A stretch of DNA of 64,000 nucleotides from Acidimicrobiales bacterium. GTDB taxonomy: Bacteria; Actinomycetota; Acidimicrobiia; Acidimicrobiales; JACDCH01. Within the stretch, counting starts at the first letter, position 1; each line of letters starts with the position of its first letter. Position numbers and translations under genes: made by a program. Shown piece by piece: positions 28,537 through 36,831 of the stretch. Under the pieces are notes generated by a model. The model did no database searches, was not told the DNA's origin, and saw only the letters and a program-made list of their open reading frames with translations. The stretch lies in NCBI GenBank assembly GCA_051000215.1, contig JBPCON010000035.1, positions 7,852 to 71,851 on the forward strand, written 5' to 3'.

Positions 28537-30198
28537 ATGGTCGAACCAGCACCCGAGCGGGTCTCGGCCGCCTCAGACGGTGACGACTTGACGATCGTGT
28601 CGCTCCCGACGTTCCGCGAAGGTTCACAAGAGCCGGCAGCTGAGCGGGAGCGCTTGAAGCAGCGCCTGTTCGGCGACACCGGATTCTTCTCGCTCTGGGT
28701 TGCGCAGGTCGTCTCCGCGCTCGGCGACTGGCTCGGGTTCCTCGCCATCACGGTGCTCGCCATCGAGGTCGGTGCCGGGGCAGGGGGCGCGGCTGTGGGC
28801 CTCGTGATGAGCGCCCGGATCATTCCCGGCTTCTTCATGGCGCCGATGGCCGGGGTGATGATCGACCGGTGGGATCGCAAGAAGGTGATGGTCACCTGCG
28901 ACCTGTCGCGGGCTGTCGTGATCGCGTTGCTGCCGTTCGTGCGCAGCGTGGCTGGCCTCGTGCTCGCCAGCTTGTTGCTCGAGATCTGCACGCTCCTGTG
29001 GTCGCCGGCGAAGGAGGCGACCGTGCCGAACCTCGTTCCCGCCGACAAGCTGACCAACGCCAACTCGCTGAGCCTCGCTGCGGCATACGGCACGTTCCCT
29101 GTCGCGGCGGTGGTGTTCGCGTTCCTCGCAACGATCGCCAAGTGGGTCGGCGGCATCGACGCGCTCAGCTTCCTCAAGACCGACCAGGAGGCGCTCGCCT
29201 TCTACTTCGACATGGCGTCGTTCCTCACCTCGGCGCTTCTCATCAGCCGGCTCACCATCCTCGACACCGCTCGACGCGAGCGGGTCAAGAAGAAGGCGGC
29301 AGCCAGCGACAAGCGGATCGACTTCACCCAGACGTTCCACGAGCTGAAGGAGGGGTGGCACTTCATCTTCGTCAATCCGATCGTCCGCTCGGTCAACCTC
29401 GGGCTCGCGACTGGGCTGATCGGCGGAGGCATGGTCGTCCCGCTCGGATCGATCTTCTCCCGCGACGTCCTCAACGCCGGCGCCGCCGGCTATGGCGTGT
29501 TCATCACCTGCTTGGGGTTCGGGGTCGCAGCCGGTGTCGTCGCACTTTCGTTCGGTCAGAAGTTCTTGCCCAAGGCGCGCATCTTCGAGCTCTCGCTCCT
29601 TGGCGGGGGTGGCTCCCTCATCGGTGCGGCGTCGATGTCGTCGCTCGGGCCTGCGGGGTTGTTCGTTTTCTGCCTCGGTGTGTGCGCCGGCGGCGTCTAC
29701 GTCGTGGGTTTCACGTTGCTGCACGAGCACGTCGACGACGAGCTGCGCGGCCGCATCTTCGCTGCGCTCTACACGCTCGTGCGCCTCTGCCTGCTGATCG
29801 CCTTCGCTGTCGGACCGTTCCTTGCCGAGGCCGCCGATCGCCTGTCGGCGCGCTACTTGACCGATCGGAACCTGCAACTCCCCGGCGACCACTTCATCTA
29901 CGTGCCCGGTGTGCGGATCACGTTGTGGTTCGCGGGCGCGATCATCCTCGTCGCGTGTGGTGTTGCCACGTGGTCGCTGCGCTCGGGCGAGCCGCTGCGG
30001 CACCAAGATGGCGACGGTGTCGTGGGCGCGCCGGCCGCAGATCCCGGACCGGGAGAAGCGGTCGACGCGCTCGAGGTCGAAGGCGAGGTGGCGAGCACCC
30101 AGGGTGCGGCAGCGATGGTGCACGACGGCGCGCGTAACGGAACCGCCGGCGACGGCGAGGCCACGCGCGACCCAGACCAGACGGCGGGACTCGGGTAG
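28537..30198 (+). CDS. MFS transporter (MFS_3/enterobactin-exporter-like) with a long acidic C-terminal tail
   Basis: About 12 TM segments. GVMIDRWDRKKVM is the loop 2-3 motif. Confidence 0.8.
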   Translation: MVEPAPERVSAASDGDDLTIVSLPTFREGSQEPAAERERLKQRLFGDTGFFSLWVAQVVSALGDWLGFLAITVLAIEVGAGAGGAAVGLVMSARIIPGFFMAPMAGVMIDRWDRKKVMVTCDLSRAVVIALLPFVRSVAGLVLASLLLEICTLLWSPAKEATVPNLVPADKLTNANSLSLAAAYGTFPVAAVVFAFLATIAKWVGGIDALSFLKTDQEALAFYFDMASFLTSALLISRLTILDTARRERVKKKAAASDKRIDFTQTFHELKEGWHFIFVNPIVRSVNLGLATGLIGGGMVVPLGSIFSRDVLNAGAAGYGVFITCLGFGVAAGVVALSFGQKFLPKARIFELSLLGGGGSLIGAASMSSLGPAGLFVFCLGVCAGGVYVVGFTLLHEHVDDELRGRIFAALYTLVRLCLLIAFAVGPFLAEAADRLSARYLTDRNLQLPGDHFIYVPGVRITLWFAGAIILVACGVATWSLRSGEPLRHQDGDGVVGAPAADPGPGEAVDALEVEGEVASTQGAAAMVHDGARNGTAGDGEATRDPDQTAGLG

Positions 30199-30788
30199 TG
30201 GCGCTGATCGCGTTCGAAGGCGGCGACGCCAGCGGGAAGTCGACCCAGGCGCGGATCCTCGCGGAGCGCCTCGGCGCGCTGTTGACCCACGAACCTGGCG
30301 CGACGCCAGCCGGCGCAGAGCTGCGACGTGTCGCGCTCGATCCCGCCTTCGACCTCGTCCCCCGGGCCGAGGCACTCGTCATGGCCGCCGATCGCGCCCA
30401 GCACGTCGCAAAGGTGATCGCCCCTGCGCTGGCTGCCGGCCGCCACGTCGTGACCGACCGGTACCTCTACTCCTCGCTCGCGTACCAGGGTCATGGCCGC
30501 CAGCTACCGGTGGAAGAGGTGCTCGCCCTCTCGAGGTTCGCAGGCGCTCCTGAGGCCGATCTCGTCGTCCTCCTCGCGGTGGCGCCCGCTACCCGAGCGA
30601 CGCGCCTCGGCCATGACCTCGATCGCATCGAGGCCGGCGGCGTCGCGCTCCACGAGCGCATCGACTCGGGCTTCCGCATCCTTGCGGCCGGCGACCCCGA
30701 GCGGTGGCTCATCGTCTCTGCGCTCGGCGGGGTGGAAGAAGTCGCGGCGCGGATCTGGGATGGTGTTGCGCCGCGGTTGTCGCGGTGA
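30198..30788 (+). CDS. tmk: dTMP (thymidylate) kinase
   Basis: IAFEGGDASGKSTQ P-loop and the DRY motif (TDRYLYSSLAYQG). TAGTG junction with the upstream gene. Confidence 0.9.
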   Translation: MALIAFEGGDASGKSTQARILAERLGALLTHEPGATPAGAELRRVALDPAFDLVPRAEALVMAADRAQHVAKVIAPALAAGRHVVTDRYLYSSLAYQGHGRQLPVEEVLALSRFAGAPEADLVVLLAVAPATRATRLGHDLDRIEAGGVALHERIDSGFRILAAGDPERWLIVSALGGVEEVAARIWDGVAPRLSR

Positions 30789-31885
30789 CCTCAGTTCCGG
30801 CGACGATCGACCCGTGGGCCGACGTGATCGGTCAGCCACATGCTGTCGCAGCCCTGCAGGCGGCGGCGAGCTCGGGGCCGGTGCACGCGTACCTGCTGCT
30901 CGGCCCGAGAGGATCGGGTGCCCGTCAGTTGGCGCGCGCGTTCGCCGCGGTGCTGCTGAGCGCGGACCTGTCGCCGGTCGACGCTGCGCGCGCTGTGCGC
31001 CTCGCGCTCACGGAGAAGCACCCCGACCTCCATGTCTATGAGCGACAGGGCTCGTCGATCCAAAAGGACCAGATCGACGACATCATCAAGGAGGCCAGCC
31101 GCTCGGCCGTCGAGGCGCAACGGAAGGTCCTCGTCCTGCTGGATCTCGACCTCGCAGCGCCGTTCCAGGGGCCGCGACTCCTCAAGACCATCGAGGAGCC
31201 GCCGGCTTCGACCATGTTCGTCGTGACCGCCGAGTCGATGCCCCCAGAGCTTGTGCCCATCGCGTCGCGCTGCGTGCGCATCGAACTCGACCCCGTGCCG
31301 GTGCAAGCCGTTGTGGCTGCGCTCGTCGCGGAGGGCTGCTCACCCGAACGGGCGCAGGAGGTGGCGGTCGCAGCCGCGGGCGACCTGGACCGGGCTCGGC
31401 TGCTGGCATCCGATGAGCGCTTCTCGTTGCGGCGCGAGGCGTGGTACGAAGCGCCACACCTGCTCGACGGCAATGGCGCGACGGTCTGGCGCCTCACGAC
31501 GGCGCTGCGCTCGATGATCGACGACGCGCAAGCGCCGCTCGACGTTCGCAACGCGCGGGAGCTCGCCGAGCTCGACGAGCGCATCGCGCGCTACGGCGAG
31601 CGCGGAGCGGGACGCCGCGAGCTCGCAGAGCGACAGAAACGCGCTGTGCGCCGTCACCGCACCGACGAGTTGCGCTTCGGTCTGGCCACGCTCGCAGCGC
31701 GCTACCGCGATGAGCTGGCTTCGGGTCGCGCGCCAGGTGCACACGCCCACCCACTCCTCGCGGCGATTGCCGCGATCGACGACGCAAACGAGGCGCTCAT
31801 CCGCAACCCGAGCGAGGCGCTCGTGCTGCACGCGCTCCTCTTGCAGCTTCCAACGATCGCCCACCTCCCCTCCACCTCCGCCTGA
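30785..31885 (+). CDS. holB: DNA polymerase III delta' subunit
   Basis: GTGA overlap with tmk. HAYLLLGPRGSGARQLARAFA P-loop-like clamp-loader motif; LLKTIEEPP. Confidence 0.85.
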   Translation: MTSVPATIDPWADVIGQPHAVAALQAAASSGPVHAYLLLGPRGSGARQLARAFAAVLLSADLSPVDAARAVRLALTEKHPDLHVYERQGSSIQKDQIDDIIKEASRSAVEAQRKVLVLLDLDLAAPFQGPRLLKTIEEPPASTMFVVTAESMPPELVPIASRCVRIELDPVPVQAVVAALVAEGCSPERAQEVAVAAAGDLDRARLLASDERFSLRREAWYEAPHLLDGNGATVWRLTTALRSMIDDAQAPLDVRNARELAELDERIARYGERGAGRRELAERQKRAVRRHRTDELRFGLATLAARYRDELASGRAPGAHAHPLLAAIAAIDDANEALIRNPSEALVLHALLLQLPTIAHLPSTSA

Positions 31886-31967
31886 TCCGCCCGCCCGTCG
31901 AGGTCGCCTTGAGCCCCAGAACGGGCTGGCCGGACCTCGCCAGACGGCTGCTACCGTTCGCGCTCCC

Positions 31968-32043
31968 GCCCGGGTAGCTCAGTCGGCAGAGCAGCTCACT
32001 CGTAATGAGCAGGTCAAGGGTTCGATTCCCTTCTCGGGCTCCA
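31968..32043 (+). tRNA. tRNA-Thr (anticodon CGT), CCA encoded
   Basis: Hand-folded cloverleaf. Acceptor GCCCGGG/CTCGGGC, D arm GCTC-AGTCGGCA-GAGC, anticodon arm GCTCA-CTCGTAA-TGAGC, T arm AAGGG-TTCGATT-CCCTT, discriminator T, CCA. Confidence 0.93.
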
Positions 32044-32411
32044 GCCTCCGTGGCAGGTCAGTGGGGCACCGGCCGCGCCTTTGGGGGGGCCACATCCAGC
32101 ACGTCCCCGACTCGGCGGAGGCCGGCCGGTTCCTGGCGCAGTTCGAGCGCATCGCCTGCACCCAGGATCGCGTCTCGGGTTCGGGATCGCGCTCCCGACC
32201 GTGGAACGCATTCGTTGAAGGGCGTCCCGGATGCGTGGCAGGTCTACGCGGTCGACGACTGATAACACGGCGCGTGCTTGCTAACGCGAGCCCGCGCCCG
32301 ATTGCCCTGATGGGCGCTCGTGCCGCCACTGACGTCATGAGCGCACGGTCTGCCGATTGCAAATAAGAGACACTTGTTCCATATATAAGTTGTATCGGGT
32401 ACCATCCAGCG

Positions 32412-33035
32412 GTGGACTTCGTCCGACCGGTCCAAGCAGTCATCCCCGGCGCACAAGGGCGGATCCTGGCGGTCCTCGCCCAGACGACCGCAGAGCTGAA
32501 CCTTCGGACGATCGCTCGGCTCTCGGGCGTCAGCGTCGCGCAGGCCTCGCGGGTGCTGCCGCCGCTCGTCGAGCTCGGGATCATCGAGCGACGAGACGTG
32601 CCGCCCTCGGCGCAGTTCCGCTATGTCCACGAGCACCTCGCGGCGCGGGCCGTGAGCTTCTTGGTGGACGCAGGGCGAACTGTGGTGGAGGAGCTGCGCC
32701 GCACGGCCACCGAGATCAAGCCGTTGCCGGCGAGCGTGATCGTCTTCGGCTCGTTCGCACGCCGAGAGGCCGACGCCACAAGCGACATCGACGTCGTAGT
32801 CGTCCGGCCGCGGACCATCGACGAGGACCAGGCGCGATGGCGCGCGTCCCTCGATTGTTGGCGTGACGGTGCGCAGCGCCTGACGGGCAATCGGATCGAG
32901 ATCGTCGAGGTCAGCGAAGTGGACTTCGCGCGGTTGCTGCGGAGCCGCAAGCCGTTCTGGCTCGACGTGCAACGCGACGGCATCGTGCTCGCCGGCAGGA
33001 GCCTCGACGCGCTGAAGGGTCGCCGCAGTGCCTAG
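32412..33035 (+). CDS. MNT-type nucleotidyltransferase (antitoxin-like) with an N-terminal winged-helix DNA-binding domain
   Basis: wHTH (LNLRTIARLSGVSVAQASRVLPPLVELGII) plus the minimal NTase motif FGSFARREADATSDIDVVVV. GTG start downstream of an AT-rich patch. Confidence 0.75.
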   Translation: MDFVRPVQAVIPGAQGRILAVLAQTTAELNLRTIARLSGVSVAQASRVLPPLVELGIIERRDVPPSAQFRYVHEHLAARAVSFLVDAGRTVVEELRRTATEIKPLPASVIVFGSFARREADATSDIDVVVVRPRTIDEDQARWRASLDCWRDGAQRLTGNRIEIVEVSEVDFARLLRSRKPFWLDVQRDGIVLAGRSLDALKGRRSA

Positions 33036-33435
33036 GCCTGCGCGCACGCGAGCCGTCAGCGCGGCGCACGTGCGCGGCTACGTGCGCAAGGCCGAGGAGT
33101 ACGTCGCGGCCGCAGCCAGTGAGCTGGCGGCGGGCCGGACCATCGCCGCGACGAGCCTGGCCATCCACGCCGCGATCAACGCGGCCGACGCTGTTACTGG
33201 GGCCCGGCTCGGCAAGCGCAGCGCCGGCGAGGACCACGACCAAGTGCTCGGGTTGCTGCGGGATGCCGGCAAGGACGGCGCTGAGGTCGAGCGCAACCTG
33301 GAGAGGCTGCTCCCGCTCAAGACCAAGGCCGAGTACGAGCCCGACGACATCCCGAAGGCCGAGGCGACAAGGGCCGTCGAGCGCGCGCAGCGCTGCGTTG
33401 CGGTCGCTCGGGCGGTGGCGAGCGCGCAAACGTGA
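33028..33435 (+). CDS. HEPN-domain protein (toxin-like partner of the MNT)
   Basis: 8-nt overlap with the MNT gene. All-helical, 135 aa, with an R-x5-H motif (KRSAGEDH), as in the HEPN Rx4-6H RNase site. Confidence 0.65.
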   Translation: MPRPARTRAVSAAHVRGYVRKAEEYVAAAASELAAGRTIAATSLAIHAAINAADAVTGARLGKRSAGEDHDQVLGLLRDAGKDGAEVERNLERLLPLKTKAEYEPDDIPKAEATRAVERAQRCVAVARAVASAQT

Positions 33436-33514
33436 CACGCGCGTCATGGCGCGCTCATGGCGTGCGCGTGCGGGTAGCGGCTGATACGACATTGCGTCGT
33501 ACATTGGGGCGGCC

Positions 33515-34873
33515 ATGACGAGCGATACGCCGGGGCGAAGCGCCGAAGAGCTCGCCGAGGCCGCGGGCACCACGAGCGAAGCGGTGCGGTCGTGGGCGGA
33601 GGCAGGGCTGCTCGGCGGGGCAGAACCGTTCGCAGACGTCGACCTCGAGCGGGCTCGGTTGCTGGAGTACGCATCGCGTCGTGGCGTGTCGACGTCCCAG
33701 CTCCTCGCTGTGAGTGTTGAGCAAGGCGACATCGTGGGGCAGTTCGTCGAAATGATCGTCGGCGCGCACCCTCGCGTCGGGCACACGCTCGACGACGCGG
33801 CAGCCCTGGCGGGGCTCAGCCCAGAACAACTCGAGCGCCTGTGGGTCGCAGCGGGCCTCTCCGAGCAGAGCGAGGCCTATGCCGAGGACGTCGAAGCCTT
33901 GCGATCGTTCGGCGTGACACTCGATGCGGGCCTGCCGGAAGAGGCGCTCGGCCAACTCCTGCGCGTCTACACCGACGCACTGGGACGTGTCGCCGAGGCG
34001 GAGAGCCGCCTGTTCCACTTCTACGTGCACGATCGGCTCCGTCGCGAGGGCCTTCGAGGGACCGCCCTCGCCGAGGCCGTGAGCCCGATCAGCGACACCC
34101 TCCGTGCTCTGAACGAGCCGGCCCTGCGCTACTTCCACCACAAGGCCTTCCAGCGCGCCCTGCGCGATGACTTCGTTGTGCACGCGACCGACGACGCCCA
34201 AGGGCTGTCAGGAACCGTTGGCACCGCGGAGCGAGCGGTCGTCTTCGTGGATCTTGCCGGCTTCACGCCGCTCACCGATTCGATGGGTGACGAAGCTGCT
34301 GCAGGTCTGATCGAGCAGTTCTCGCTCATCGTGCGCAGGGTCGCCGTCGGACACGATGGAAGGATCGTCAAGCAGATCGGTGACGCGTTCATGGTCGTGT
34401 TCGCGGATCCGGCGCCTGCGGTGTCCTTCGGGTTGGACGTCGAGGACGCGGTGCGCGCCGAGCCTCGGTTCCCGGCTGTGCGCGTCGGCGTGCATGCCGG
34501 TCCTGTGCTCTACCGCGAGGGGGACTTCGTCGGCGCCAACGTCAACCTGGCGGCGCGCGTCACCTCGCTTGCCTCGGCCCACGAGCTCATCGTGACCAGC
34601 GCCGTCGCACTCGCGGTGGGCCACGACCCGGATATCGAGGTCGACGATCTCGGACCGCAAACGCTCAAGGGTGTGGCGCAGGACGTGCCACTTCATCGGC
34701 TGCGCCGCCGAGGCACGATCGAGGTGCGTCCCGTCGACCCGGTCTGCCGCATGGAGCTCGACCCCGCTGAGCGCAACCCTTCGAGGGACCACATGGGGCG
34801 CCAGTTCCTGTTCTGCTCCGATACGTGCGCACGGCGCTTCGACGACGACCCTGCCCGGTACGCGTTGGGATGA
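33515..34873 (+). CDS. class III adenylate/guanylate cyclase with N-terminal MerR-like HTH repeats and a C-terminal YHS/TRASH metal-binding domain
   Basis: HTH-like AEELAEAAGTTSEAVRSWAEAGLL. Cyclase core AVVFVDLAGFTPLTD...KQIGDAFMVVF...GVHAGPV...GANVNLAARV. C-terminal VDPVCRMEL...FLFCSDTCARRF. Confidence 0.8.
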   Translation: MTSDTPGRSAEELAEAAGTTSEAVRSWAEAGLLGGAEPFADVDLERARLLEYASRRGVSTSQLLAVSVEQGDIVGQFVEMIVGAHPRVGHTLDDAAALAGLSPEQLERLWVAAGLSEQSEAYAEDVEALRSFGVTLDAGLPEEALGQLLRVYTDALGRVAEAESRLFHFYVHDRLRREGLRGTALAEAVSPISDTLRALNEPALRYFHHKAFQRALRDDFVVHATDDAQGLSGTVGTAERAVVFVDLAGFTPLTDSMGDEAAAGLIEQFSLIVRRVAVGHDGRIVKQIGDAFMVVFADPAPAVSFGLDVEDAVRAEPRFPAVRVGVHAGPVLYREGDFVGANVNLAARVTSLASAHELIVTSAVALAVGHDPDIEVDDLGPQTLKGVAQDVPLHRLRRRGTIEVRPVDPVCRMELDPAERNPSRDHMGRQFLFCSDTCARRFDDDPARYALG

Positions 34874-34981
34874 GGCCTGCCCTCGACGTCGTCGAACGAC
34901 GTGGGCTGGCTTCGAGGCCTATCTGTACGACAGTCTGTCGTCGAGCGCCGTCGATCGATTCAACTCCCGGAGGGAACCCGC

Positions 34982-35500
34982 ATGAACAACAAGCTCCTCG
35001 TCGCAGCTCTCGCTGCGCTCGGCACCCTCCTCGCCGCCTGTGGTAGCGGCAGCTCGACGGCGACGAACTCGGGCGGGAGCGCGTCGAGCAAAGACGTCGC
35101 CATCGAGATGCGCGACATCGCGTACTCGCCGACGACGCTCTCGGTGAAGAAGGGCGCCACCATCATGTTCACGTTTCACAACGCGGGCGCGATCGTTCAC
35201 GAGGCCCTCATCGGCGACGACGCTGCTCAGCAGGCGCACGCCAAACAGATGGCGTCGAGCAGCAGCGAACCAGCTGGCAGCGGCGCGTCCACCGACGGCA
35301 GCATGGGGGGAATGGGGCACGACTCGAGCAGCGCGGCGAGCGGCATGCACGACGCGTCGAGCAGCGACTTCGTGACCGTCGACCCCGGCGACTCCGCAAC
35401 GCTGAGCCACACCTTCGACTCCGGCGGCACGTTCATCATCGGCTGCCACGAACCCGGCCACTACGAAGCCGGCATGAAGGTCACCGTCACGGTGAGCTGA
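34982..35500 (+). CDS. cupredoxin-fold (type 1 copper-like) lipoprotein with a Met/His/Ser-rich insertion
   Basis: GGAGGG RBS. Lipobox LLAACG. Candidate Cu ligands: His in IVHEALIGD and C-x4-H-x4-M in GCHEPGHYEAGM. Insert: GSMGGMGHDSSSAASGMHD. Confidence 0.75.
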   Translation: MNNKLLVAALAALGTLLAACGSGSSTATNSGGSASSKDVAIEMRDIAYSPTTLSVKKGATIMFTFHNAGAIVHEALIGDDAAQQAHAKQMASSSSEPAGSGASTDGSMGGMGHDSSSAASGMHDASSSDFVTVDPGDSATLSHTFDSGGTFIIGCHEPGHYEAGMKVTVTVS

Positions 35501-35510
35501 AGGCCAAGCC

Positions 35511-35867
35511 ATGAACATGCGACGACCCATGGGATCGCTCGAGGCGGATGTGCTGGAACAGCTCTGGGCTCACCTCGACGGGATCACGCCTGGCGAGATA
35601 CTCGACGAACTCGGTTCGGGGCTCGCCTACACGACGATCACCACCATCCTGACCCGGTTGGCGGCCAAGGGCTTCGCTGAGCGGGATCGACGAGGCCGCG
35701 GGTTCGTCTACCGGCCGGCGATCACCGAGGCCGATCTGGCTGCGAGAAGGATGGGCGCGGCTCTGGACCGCACGCACGACCGCAACGCGGCGCTGGCGAG
35801 GTTCGTGGGGAAGCTGTCGTCGAAGGACGAGCGGCTGCTGCGGGCCCTGCTCGAACGCGAAGGCTGA
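35511..35867 (+). CDS. BlaI/MecI/CopY-family transcriptional repressor
   Basis: LEADVLEQLW...ITPGEILDEL...YTTITTILTRLAAKGF..R...GRGFVYRP is a winged-helix penicillinase-repressor pattern. Confidence 0.85.
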   Translation: MNMRRPMGSLEADVLEQLWAHLDGITPGEILDELGSGLAYTTITTILTRLAAKGFAERDRRGRGFVYRPAITEADLAARRMGAALDRTHDRNAALARFVGKLSSKDERLLRALLEREG

Positions 35868-35872
35868 TCGCG

Positions 35873-36763
35873 GTGTCTCTGACGTTGTGGCTGCCGCTTG
35901 GCGTCGCTGTGCTGGCCGGGCTGTCAGCCGCGCGCCTGCAACGCTGCCTGCCGCCGCACGTGTCGACGCTGGTGCTCACCGTCACCGCGATCGCCAGCGC
36001 CCTCGCCGTCGCGTGGGGGCTGGCCATCGTCGCGTTCGGGTTCGTCGTTCAGGTGCCAACGGTCGCGGACTGGGCCGGCTGGTGCCACCTTGCACTACCG
36101 GGTGACGATCGGGTCCCGACCCCGGTTGGGATGCTCAGCCTCGTCGCTCTGGCCGTCGCCGCGACGCGGGCCTGGCGTTGGGACCATCGCGTCGCACGCC
36201 TCACGTCGGCGTTGTCGGGGTACGCCGGGCCAGTCGAGATCTTGTCCATGAGCGAACCCACCGCGTTCGCCGTGCCTGGCAGACCGGGTCACATCGTCGT
36301 CTCGCGGGCGCTGCTCGACTGCCTGGACGACACCGACCAGGCGGTCCTGTTCGCGCACGAGCGGGCCCACCTCGATCTGCGCCATCACCGCTACGTTCAC
36401 CTCGCTGATCTCGCTGCAGCGGCCGTTCCGATCTTGAAACCCATCGCCGAACAAGTGCGCTACGCGACCGAACGGTGGGCCGACGAGGTCGCGGTCCGCG
36501 CCGTGGGCGACCGCTCCACCGTTGCCCACGCCATCGCCCGGGCGGCCCTCGCCGTCACCAGCGCACCGCCTCCTCTGGCGTTGGGCATCGACGGCCAGGT
36601 CGTGGCCCGCGTCGAGGCCCTGCTCGAACCGCGCCGCACCACAGCGTGGTTCACCGCAGGATCAGCTGCGGCGCTCGCGACAGCTGTGGTCCTGGTGCTG
36701 GCAAGCTCGACGGTGCAGCTTCACCATTTCGTTGCGTACGCGGCGCACGTCTGTCGGCTGTAG
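35873..36763 (+). CDS. M56-family (BlaR1-like) membrane metalloprotease/sensor
   Basis: Multiple TM helices, the HExxH motif FAHERAHL, and a downstream E in ERWADE. It lies immediately after the BlaI-like gene. Confidence 0.8.
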   Translation: MSLTLWLPLGVAVLAGLSAARLQRCLPPHVSTLVLTVTAIASALAVAWGLAIVAFGFVVQVPTVADWAGWCHLALPGDDRVPTPVGMLSLVALAVAATRAWRWDHRVARLTSALSGYAGPVEILSMSEPTAFAVPGRPGHIVVSRALLDCLDDTDQAVLFAHERAHLDLRHHRYVHLADLAAAAVPILKPIAEQVRYATERWADEVAVRAVGDRSTVAHAIARAALAVTSAPPPLALGIDGQVVARVEALLEPRRTTAWFTAGSAAALATAVVLVLASSTVQLHHFVAYAAHVCRL

Positions 36764-36831
36764 CCCTCGCGGTGGCGACGGCAGAAGTTCTCGCGCGCGG
36801 AAGTGCGCAGCACTCCCGAAACGAACCACTA

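Noticed and set aside
32044-32411. A possible integrase, att repeat or pseudogene remnants between tRNA-Thr and the MNT gene.
   Set aside because: No ORF there has a recognisable motif. I could not find a repeat of the tRNA 3' end further downstream by eye. A mobile-element call cannot be supported without an alignment search.
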